20,000 nucleotides of DNA, taken from contig NC_057718.1 of NCBI RefSeq assembly GCF_004010195.1, forward strand, positions 45,535,585-45,555,584. The letters are read 5' to 3'. A model generated the notes under the pieces. That model searched no databases. It was not told the origin of the DNA and was given only the letters and a program-made list of their open reading frames with translations. Below are positions 1-8,749 of the stretch, piece by piece; the first letter of the stretch is position 1; the number at the start of each line of letters is the position of its first letter. The stretch is from Chiloscyllium plagiosum. Taxonomy: Eukaryota. Position numbers and translations under genes: made by a program.

Positions 1-610
1 GGTTATGCCTATACGGATGTTGCTTAATTGGAACAGCATCTCCTATGTCTACATCATGCATAATTAGGTTATTATTTCCCAGCTAATTTCCACATATCTT
101 CCCATGAGTAATAACTCTTTCAGCTCATTTCGATTTTCCTCTGGAAGGTAACTCAATAATATATCCCAATTTTTGACACCTTGCTCATTGTCCAGCCTAA
201 TTTTAGGAATCGCCAATTCAGAATCCTCTGAACTGGATTCTTCCCTCAATGCTGTAACCAATTAGCACTGTCCTCTTGCTTTCCTTCCCTAATCACATGA
301 CACACTGATTTCTTTGCATCTGGAGCCCTTATTAAATAGTTAACCACACAATTTCCTTTTGGTAAGATCCACTAAACTTTGCTTTTAAAAGGTTCACCTA
401 TCTCTGGAAGTAACACTAACACCTTATCTCTGGTAACAAAATTGCAAGTTTTTGATTCCTGTCTGCTTCCTGTTTCATTTTATCCTTTGTTACTTTAAAA
501 TGCTGTCTAGCCAATTACCCCGCTCTATTTAAATTGATCATGTGGTCTCTGAATTCTGACTTGCCAATTTCTCCTTAATTTTAGTCGCCCTCACTTCATG
601 CCCAAAAGCT

Positions 611-768
611 AAAATGTGCAGGTTAGGTGAATTGGACATGCTAAATTGCCCATAGTGTTAGGTGAAGGGTAAATATAGGAGTATGCCTGGGTGGTATACG
701 CTTCGGCGGGTCGGTGCGGACTTGTTGGGCCGAAGGGCCTGTTTCCACACTAAGTAATCTAATCTAAT
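611..768 (+). mobile_element. 5'-truncated HE1-type V-SINE
   Basis: Matches the 3' half of the full copies (gtgcaggttaggtgaattgg...ttgttgggccgaagggcctgtttccacact) with an (aatct)n tail. It splits the Gypsy integrase motif FEL|FGHEVR. Confidence 0.9.
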
Positions 769-1094
769 TCAAATAGACAATTTGATTCATTTGGTGACAT
801 CGCTGATCGCAAAAAGTATAAACAGAATTCCCTTACCCCAATCACCAGACTGTCTTGACTAGAAGCCCTCAAGATGGTCTTTTAATGTCTGCTGCCACCT
901 TTCTAGCGATCCCTGCGATTCTGGATGGTATGCAGTAAATTTGAATTATTTTATTCCTTAGCTGTCCATACCTTCCTTGAATAATTCCAATGTGGAGTTT
1001 GACCCTTGATCTGATTGTATCTCTGCGGGTGGACCATATCTGGTCCAAACAAATTGAGTAATTCCTCTACAATCTTATTAGCTGTGATGTTAGT

Positions 1095-1416
1095 GGGCGG
1101 CACGGTGGCAGAGTGGTTAGCACTGCTACCTCACAGCGCCAGAGACCCGGGTTCAATTCCCGCCTCAGGCGACTGACTGTGTGGAGTTTGCACATTCTCC
1201 CAGTGTCTGCGTGGGTTTCCTCCGGGTGCTCAGGTTTCCCCCCCACAGTCCAAAGATGTGCAGGTCAGGTGAATTGGCCATGCTAAATTGCCCGTAGTGT
1301 TAGGTAAGGGGTAAATGTAGGGGTATGGGTGGGTTACGCTTCGGCAGGTCGGTGTGGACTTGTTGGGCCGAAGGGCCTGTTTCCACACTGTAATGTAATC
1401 TAAAAAAAAATCTAAT
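1095..1416 (+). mobile_element. Full-length HE1-type V-SINE (tRNA-derived)
   Basis: Head gggcggcacggtggcagagtggttagca (A box) and ggttcaattcc (B box), V-domain tgtggagtttgcacattctcc...gggtttcctccgggtgct, LINE-like tail and aatct/A-rich end. Inserted in integrase PLH|NITA with a short tta duplication. Confidence 0.95.
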
Positions 1417-1475
1417 CATTATGTAATGGAACAGCCTCTGGAAATCAACACATCCATTATTATCATCAACAAATA

Positions 1476-1651
1476 CAGAGGAACCTCCATTAGCCAAAGG
1501 GCATGAGCGGAGGGTGTATTTCATTCGGTAAATCGAATTCCGGATAATCAAGTGCCAGATACCAGTTTAGCCAAGCATTGGGCAACCTTGCGATCTTGCC
1601 GGATTATCCGAATATCGGATAATTGAATGCTGGATGATCAAGGTTCTTCTG
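1476..1651. mobile_element. Tc1/mariner superfamily (Tigger/pogo-like) MITE, 176 bp
   Basis: TA at 1474-1475 and 1652-1653. Terminal inverted repeats cagaggaacctccattagcc vs reverse-complemented cagaagaaccttgatcatcc (15/20). Internal ggataat/attatccg motifs. Removing it restores integrase KSGNQYLL. Confidence 0.85.
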
Positions 1652-1962
1652 TACTGATTCCCACTTTTTGTTTCAGATAGAGGCCCTACGCAAATCAATT
1701 AAGACTCTAGTAAAAGGTTCCTCAAATGCAGGAATAGATATTTAAAAAGTGTGGGTTTTATTACTGTCTGTGGTTTTCCAGTTACCTGACATGTATGGCA
1801 GATCTGGCAAAATTTAACTACATCCTTGTGCAGTCCAGGCCAGCAAGAATGTTTTTGTATTTTAGCTAGAGATTTTCCTCTTCCCCTAAATGACCCCTTA
1901 CTAGTAGCTCATGCACCACTCAACACATTTCTATAACCCGCTCACTATGATTTGATGAACTT

Positions 1963-2280
1963 GGGCGGCACGGTGGCACAGTGGTTAGCACTGCTGCCTC
2001 ACGGCACCAGAGACCTGGGTTCAATTCCTGCCTCAGGCAAATGTCTGTGTGGAGTTTGCACATTCTCCCCGTGTCTGCGTGGGTTTCCTCTGGGTGCTCC
2101 GGTTTCCTCTCAGTCCAAAAATGTGCAGGATAGGTGAATTGGCCATGCTAAATTGCCCTAGTGTTAGGTGAAGGGGTAAACATAGGGGAATGGGTCTGGG
2201 TGGGTTGCTCTTCAGATGGTGGGTGTGGGCTTGTTGGGCCAAAGGGCTTGTTTCCACACTAAGCAATCTAAATCTAATCT
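1963..2280 (+). mobile_element. Full-length HE1-type V-SINE (first of a tandem pair)
   Basis: A box tggcacagtgg, B box ggttcaattcc, V-domain, tail gggcttgtttccacact plus (aatct)n. Confidence 0.95.
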
Positions 2281-2293
2281 TTTAAAAAAATAA

Positions 2294-2599
2294 GGGCTGC
2301 ATGGTGGCTCAGTGGTTAGCACTGCTGCCTCACAGCACCAGGGTCCCAGGTTCGATTCCAGTCTCGGGCGACCGTCTGTGTGGAGTTTGCACATTCTCCC
2401 AGTGTCTGCATGGGTTTCCTCCGGGTGCGCAGGTTTCCTCCCACAATCCAAAGATGTGCAGGTTAGGTGAATTGGCCATGCTAAATTGCCCCTACTGCCA
2501 TTCAGAGGGGAATGGGTCTGGGTGGGTTACTCTTCAGAGGGTCGGTGTGGAGTTGTTGAGCCGAAGGGCTTGTTTCCACACTGTTGGGAATCTAATCTA
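2294..2599 (+). mobile_element. Full-length HE1-type V-SINE (second of a tandem pair)
   Basis: A box tggctcagtgg, B box ggttcgattcc, V-domain, tail gggcttgtttccacactg plus aatctaatct. Confidence 0.95.
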
Positions 2600-4259
2600 T
2601 AAACTTCTGCCCATTTTTCATCTACCTGAATACATGATAATCTCCATTTCCTCATTAAGACATCATCATTTAAGATAGTAGCATTCAGGGATGCAATTAC
2701 AGAATCCAAATGTCTTTTGATACAATTGCTGTTAATTTTCATTTTTCTGTTGTAACTCAGTTAATTTATCTGAGCTAAAGGGGTCTGCTTTGTCATCTCT
2801 CTTATCCTGGTTTGTCTCAACTATTTGATCAAACAGGGTCTCTACTAATTCCACTTCAAAAAAACTTTATCTGTACTCTTTGATGTCTCCTGTTTGAACT
2901 GGCGACTTTGTGACCTTGTTACCACAGTCCAAAGAAATCCCAGGATGTGTCCTGGGATAGTTCAATTGCCAGAGTTTCCACTGGCTTTTCAACCACAGTA
3001 GGCAACACTCCTACTGGTGAACCAGCTATATCATTAGCAAGGACAAATTGTATTCCTGCAATTTGTCCAGTACTCCTACCATGACTTTTCCACTTTTCAC
3101 TGGACACTCTAACCTCACTCTACATAATTGAATGCTCCTTGTCTCAGTGAACTCACGATACTAGCACCTTTACTGGCAATAGTCCTTCAGAGGTACACAT
3201 TCCTTCATCTTTCAACATCACAGATTGAGAGGATCTTGTATCTCTGAATATTGTAACCTCTAATTGCTGCTCCTGGCCTATGAGAGTAAACTTTACTTTC
3301 ACAGGTATATGGTTTAAGATGATCTGGCACTTCCTCCTTAACCAACCTCTGACCAGCTTGTACATTCTGGTGCAGCTTTCTAGCCTCCACTGCAGCTTTC
3401 CATTTCCACGCCAACAAAATTCACTGGCTTGCCCTGTTTTCCTACATCTGGCTTCCCAGTGCTTTTCCTAACCCACCAACACTCATTTCATCTGGTCTAC
3501 TTTATTGCAGTGACTTTAACTTCTTTCCCTGGCAAGGGTTTCCTTTTCACCCTGTGGTAAGTTTTCCTTATGATCTTCAGAGATCTACCTTTCCACACTA
3601 GGATTTCTCTTTTCCCCAATTTCTAGCACTCACGGATTGAAACGGATTTTGGAAGCCAAATGTGGACTTATGGACCAACTCAATCATCAACCATTTCAGC
3701 TGCTAATTTTGCTGATTTAACTCTGCTCTGCCACAAGAGTTCTCACTATGTCAGGAAGTGAATTTGTGAACTCCAAAATAATCGTTTCTCTAATAGCATC
3801 ATAGGTTTGCTCTATCTTTAAAGCCCTATCCACCTATCACAATTACTTGAGTTTGATCCTTTCAAACTCAATGTAGCATTTGACCAGGATCCCACCTTTG
3901 GGTTCTTGAAGTGTTGTCTGTAGGTTTCTGGCACAAGCTCATTTGCATTTAAAATGGCTTTCTTCACCACCTCTTATGCCCCAGATATCTCCTCTGCTTG
4001 GGATGTGAACACCTCACTAGCTCTACAAGTTTTTTGTTTGGATCAACAAAACCCACATGGTCACTGGCCACTATATTTGTTGAGACACCTTTCCAAATCA
4101 AGATGAAAAAGAAGGCTTCCACATCCTTCTCAAATTTAGGCAATGCTCGAATATATCTAAACAGTTGCTCAACAGGCCTTTGGCTACCTTGGGTTTGCTC
4201 ACCCTCACTCAGTTTACCTTCAACCTTCATCTCCACGCTTTTAAACTGACTTTCCTGTC

Positions 4260-4463
4260 CAAGTCAAAACATGCGGCACTGGAAAAGAACAGCTGGTTAG
4301 GCAGCATCCGAGGAGCAGGAGAGCCAACTTTTCAATTTCATGAAGAAGAGCTTATGCTCAAAACGTCGACTCTCCTATTCCTCGGATGCTGCCTGACCAG
4401 CTATGCTTTTCCAGGGCCACACTTTTTGACTCATTTCCAGCATCTGCAGTCCTCACTTTTTCC
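4260..4463 (+). mobile_element. Fold-back non-autonomous insertion derived from a Penelope-like terminus, with a decayed hammerhead motif
   Basis: Inverted arms (~4262-4323 vs ~4370-4431) around catgaagaagagcttatgctcaaaacgtc. It ends in ccagcatctgcagtcctcacttt, the reverse complement of the ends at 4810 and 19472. tttcctgt occurs at both 4251-4258 and 4459-4466. Confidence 0.8.
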
Positions 4464-4809
4464 TGTTTAAGGTGAGAATTTCTTAAGTGCAAACTCCCTG
4501 TCTTCCTTTCCTCTATTTCTCTCTTCTGCTTTTAATTGTAATTCCTCGTCACTTGGTTCTAAATGAAGCTGCTTCATTTTCAACTGAATTTTAGCCATTA
4601 AGATTCCCATGGCATTTCCATCAAATTGAAATGCTGAGCTATTGCTGTAATTCTCTCCTTTCCTCACAGAAGGATGCAGCTCCAGCTTGTTTGCCAATTC
4701 CAGCAGCTTGGCCTTAACCACCTTTTATAAAACCCCCAAAATCATGTCTTCCACCCCCACAAAAAACTCTTGGTGACTGAGAGCCATTGCTATCCAAAGC
4801 ACTGTTTAA

Positions 4810-5012
4810 GGAGAAAGTGAGGACTGCAGATGCTGGAGATCAGAGCTGAAAATGTGTTGCTGGAAAAGCGCAGGTCAGGCAGCATCCAGGGAACAGGAGA
4901 ATCGACGTTTTGGGCATAAGCCCTTCTTCGGGCTTATGCCTGAAACGTCGATTCTCCTGTTCCCTGGATGCTGCCTGACCTGCTGCGCTTTTCCAGCAAC
5001 ACATTTTCAGCT
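4810..5012. mobile_element. Fold-back non-autonomous insertion derived from a Penelope-like terminus, 203 bp, with a 13-bp target-site duplication
   Basis: Perfect TSD aagcactgtttaa at 4797-4809 and 5013-5025. Near-perfect inverted arms 4844-4923 and 4930-5012 with a ttcttc loop. The first ~120 bp are nearly identical to 19472-19594. Confidence 0.9.
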
Positions 5013-5144
5013 AAGCACTGTTTAAACCAACCAAACTCAACATCTGGAAGAAAAGACACTCGCACCTGCCACTTGCCAGGTTCGAGTCCAACCACCTTAA
5101 TCCAAAATCCAAACTATAAAGCAAACCCCACAAAAAGCCCCTGA

Positions 5145-5370
5145 TCTTTTATGGGCCAGGCCATACTCCCCAATCTGAAAACCCAACATATTATACCAAC
5201 TTAACGATGCTATTCCAAATGCTTGCAACAGTCCTCAAACACCCCTTGGCACAAAATGGTAAAAATCAAATCCAAGGTCTTAAGAGGAGAGACGTCAGAA
5301 TGAGAGAGTGAGTGGGTGATAGGACGAGCCTGGATCTGCTTCTTTGAGGTCCAGCAGCTATTTTCCTCTT
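5145..5370 (-). repeat. Possible remnant of the 5' LTR of the Gypsy element
   Basis: Non-coding sequence upstream of gag. The plus-strand aaaagcccct (~5132-5142) may be a degenerate TGGGGGCT-type primer-binding site on the minus strand. Boundaries are uncertain and there is no partner LTR in the window. Confidence 0.3.
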
Positions 5371-6366
5371 GCTATCACCAAGGAAGGTGGTGCACTACCA
5401 AACAAGAAATCCATTTTGTTTTGTAACTGTATATTACACAGTCTAATGCAGCTAATGACCTCCTTCATCCCCAGAAAACAAGAAATAAGAAATTCAATTC
5501 TGGTGTAAGATCTACTGGCAACACTGCTTGCCTTGTAGAGCTGCCATTAAGATCATGCACAATTCTGGCATAACATCAAGACAAGGTCTGAGATGCAGGT
5601 CCTCTGCCAAGTTAGCAAGGTAAATGGCAAGAGAATGATGAGACACTCACCATAAACATTAAAAGGCCCTCCTCTAGCAGATACAGAATAGGATACAAAA
5701 AGAAAAAGGAAACTTCTGTTTTACCAAAAAGGAGGCTGATGAGACAAAAGACTTCGCAACTTACCAGCCTTCCTCAATTGCTTCTGGACACTCAGGCTTG
5801 GCTTCAGCCAGAAAATTTTGAAATCTGAACCTGCTCAAAGATCAATCATGCCAAGCACAATTCAAGTTGGTGCCTAAGTATCTATGAATTTCAGACAAAT
5901 CTTTGAAATTGAAAATGCTTAGATGACAGGGATTCAATTACTGTCAATCTGCCATCACCTTTTGAGAAGAGTGATCCTGAAGTCCATATTGGTCATAATT
6001 TCCTGCACTTTCAAATCCAACAGCTGTTGCAAGTACTAGGTTTCTGGCTCTGACTGACTAGAAAATGTAGATCAAGAACTAATGGTGTGGACTAATACAT
6101 CCCCTATTTTGCAGTAGGCCAAAAGTTAGGTCCACACAGCAGATAAACAGAAAACAAAAAACCCGTTTGGAATTCATCCGAAGCTCTCGGTTAATTCTAT
6201 GGATATACACCTCAAAGTCTTGTTGGAATCTTCACAACTCTAACAGAATAATAAATATTATGTGGCAAATCACACTCTATTTATAATGTACATGCGACAA
6301 TTCTGAAGTTACCTAGTCACATCCACAAACAAAAACACAAACAGTATTTCCAAATCTGATACAAGC

Positions 6367-6491
6367 CTTAGCAAAGAGTTCAATCAAGGCTGCCCGGTCA
6401 GGGAAGTCAAGGTGCTTGCTGTAGAAATGATGAAGGGCAGCAATGTCACTCTCAATCAGCTCTCTTTTCTCATTATCCAATTTATCAAGGT
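6367..6491 (-). CDS. SMYD2: SMYD2 internal coding exon (equivalent to human exon 5), 125 nt, phase 1/0, apparent GC donor
   Basis: Translation (H)LDKLDNEKRELIESDIAALHHFYSKHLDFPDRAALIELFAK (human, from memory: HLDKLDNEKKDLIQSDIAALHHFYSKHLGFPDNDSLVVLFAQ). Acceptor tctctctgtttcag|. The homology-defined 3' boundary is AAG|gcttgt. Lies within track ORF 6313..6519. Confidence 0.93.
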
Positions 6492-7764
6492 CTGAAACAG
6501 AGAGAAATTTTAAAAACATTGAGAGAGACTGGAGTGAAACCCTAGTAGTTCTGAAATCTTTATATTGCTATTAAATCCATTGGATTGAGATATTAATCAA
6601 CTCTGCAGAGCCATGCATTAAAATGATCAAATATGCAACATGGAAGTTGCACTGAACTAGGTGAAGAGATCTGACATTTTCTATGTGACCTCCAGTTTTA
6701 GTGATTTTGCTCATTACATGTACGCACGCCATCATAATCAACTCTGGAGTCTTAGGTTTTTAAATGGTTCAAACAGTATTTCTGCTGGATTACTCTTTCT
6801 CATTCATTAAACGAATGAAAGGAGACATTCTGTAGGCACTAAAATTTTAAAAACATTTAGTAATACTCACCATCCTTTTCTCACTTCTAAAGTTTTAAAA
6901 ATCAAATTTCTCAGACAAATTTAGTGATAAACTTATTTTGTTGCCTCTTAAGGTATGCCTGCTCTAAAATGGGACCCAATCTTACACTATTAAAATTCAG
7001 CTGACTAAAGACTCTTCCACTAATCCCACGCTGTCTTGTTTGTCCAGCTCTACTGGTTTAAGATGTTCACATGCTTGTGAATGAAAATCACACAGCTGAT
7101 CAGAAAAATTATAATTGCCATGCCACAACCTTCTTATCATCCAATAACAGCTGCCACCCTTTGAGTTATCAGTGGTCTGAAGTTTTCTCCAAACTCTTGA
7201 CTAATCATCTTCCTTTCAGACCTACTTCTTTGTTAAGCATTTAGTCATCCCTCTATTACCTCATTTCACAAACTATTTTTGGTTGGTCACATTCCTGCTG
7301 AAACAATTTAGGACATTTTATGCAACCTATTTTTGATGCTGGTAACAAATAAAAGTGGCACATGCTATTTATCTGGTAAGATTGGTTAATAATACTTCAA
7401 ATTCTTCAAACTGGGTCATTTCCTATGCACTTTGATTATATTTGGAGTGGCGACCAGGTATAATGGGCACACTGCCAACTGATAAGGATTGTGTACATAG
7501 AGATTAACAGGAAAATCCTTCTCAAACTCACTTCAAATGGCAGAATGAATATGGTAATGGATCAGATTATTAGGCAAATCAGATCCCCAGACTTAGATGG
7601 TTTTGTTTTTAAACAAGGCAGTCTTTTACTGAAACAATAACCCAAACCTGCAGCACTGAGAAAGTACACAAAAGTTTATTATAATATTTCTAAAGACTTC
7701 AAAACTCAATCTCATTAATCCCAACAGTATTCCATTACAGTACTCAAACACCACAGACACATCC

Positions 7765-7865
7765 CTGAAACACAAACAGAAATTGATGGAGAACCTCAAC
7801 AGGTCTGGCAGCATCTATGAGAGAAAACAGAGATAACATTCAAATCTGGTGACTCTTTAAAGAGA
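7765..7865 (-). mobile_element. Old fragment of a Penelope-like terminal repeat
   Basis: acagaaattgatggagaacctcaacaggtctggcagcatct resembles gctggaaaagcgcag..gtcaggcagcatcc of the other copies. It accounts for the spurious ORF MLPDLLRFS. Confidence 0.55.
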
Positions 7866-7972
7866 GAAAGCTTTCTGCCATTCCACTTAGGCTTGACTTG
7901 GTGTGGCTTCAATTCCTGGTCATGAGAATCTGGCAGTTAAGATAAATTAAGGATCAGGCAGAGCTTAAAACA

Positions 7973-8090
7973 GGTTAAGGGCTATGGGGAGAGTATGGGT
8001 AAGTGGAATTGAAACGGCCATCAGCCATGATTAAATGGCGGAGTGGACTCGATGGGCTGAATGGCCTTCCTTCGACTCCAAAATCTTATA
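7973..8090 (+). mobile_element. CR1/HER1-type LINE 3' UTR fragment
   Basis: aagggctatggggagag...atcagccatgattaaatggcggagtggactcgatgggctgaatggcct, typical of a CR1-clade 3' end and similar to the tails of the longer copies in this window. Confidence 0.7.
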
Positions 8091-8749
8091 TTCAGCTTCA
8101 AAAAACAACCTTCTGAGTTTTAACTAAACACTTCTGGTCTGGATGTTTTATGCAATTCCTTACCAAAGGTAATGTATTCCTAACAAGTGTAAGCTAAAGA
8201 CATCTTCTTCCTCTGGTCTCAGAAACAAGAGCTGAAGCTGGCTATGTAAAACAAAAGAATTGTGCAGATCTGCAGGAACTGAAATTTTAAAAATCTTTAA
8301 TTTCTTCCAAGCTCTGGGGTGTTTTCATCACTCCCCTCATCTCCGCTACAAAAATTCAGAATCTGAAAACCTACTACACTACACGGTTTTCTTTTGGAGA
8401 GTCTGAGCAAACGTATACAAATTCCAATTAGTCCCCAAAACTACCGGTCTCAAGCTATATTTTTCAAAAGACATTACCATGGATACAGAAGTTATGGAAG
8501 ATGCTTCAGACACCAGAAATCCATATGTCTCTAGTTCAAATTGAAAAGTCCAGCACAAGGATAAATGATGTTAAAATCTAAATAAATCCCATCTACCCAC
8601 AAAAGAATGAAAATCTTTAAGAGGCATTTTCCTTACTAACAAATCTTAACACTAATGCCATATCACATTAACAGGACTAACATTTTGACATTAAACATAC
8701 TGAGTTACATAGTAACCATATTTTACACAAATTCATTGCACCTACAAAA

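Larger units (their letters stand above)
1..5150 (-). mobile_element. Decayed Gypsy LTR retrotransposon, Gmr1-like clade (gag/SCAN-like - zinc knuckle - protease - integrase - start of RT region), interrupted by later insertions and truncated by the window edge
   Basis: Minus-strand peptides in order: KAKLLELANKLEL (~4700); LPKFEKDVEAFF (~4120); YDAIRETIILEFTNSLPDIVRTLVAEQRVKSAKLAAEMVDD (SCAN/capsid-like, ~3685-3805); HCNKV knuckle remnant (~3500); IFRDTRSSQSVML protease (~3230); KDVVKFCQICHTCQVTGKPQ integrase zinc finger (~1770-1830); VLID/CVGPLSETKSGNQYLL; RFPEAVPLHNITA; IQSDQGSN (~1000); YHPESQGSLERWQQTLKT (~900); HDVDIGDAVPIKQHPYR pre-RT segment (~5-60). Many stops and frameshifts. Confidence 0.9.

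Noticed and set aside
1095..1170. tRNA-like sequence with A and B boxes
   Set aside because: It is the tRNA-derived SINE head and runs straight into the V-domain, so it is not a tRNA gene.
1952..2678. ORFs of 61-125 aa on both strands (for example MVAQWLALLPHSTRVPGSIP..., MDCGRKPAHPEETHADTGR...)
   Set aside because: They are translations of HE1 SINE sequence, and the same pseudo-peptides recur at 1300-1551 and 18061-18520.
4810..5012. miRNA precursor, CRISPR-like repeat or terminator interpretation of the hairpin
   Set aside because: The TSD and near-identity to the Penelope-like terminus explain it. The context is a vertebrate intron with no repeat-spacer array.
6313..6519. 68-aa stand-alone ORF
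   Set aside because: Only 6367-6491 is SMYD2-homologous. The flanks are intronic read-through across the splice sites.
7440..8650. Possible 3' LTR/UTR of the second Gypsy element
   Set aside because: The position is plausible, but there is no partner LTR and no clear TG...CA ends or polypurine tract.
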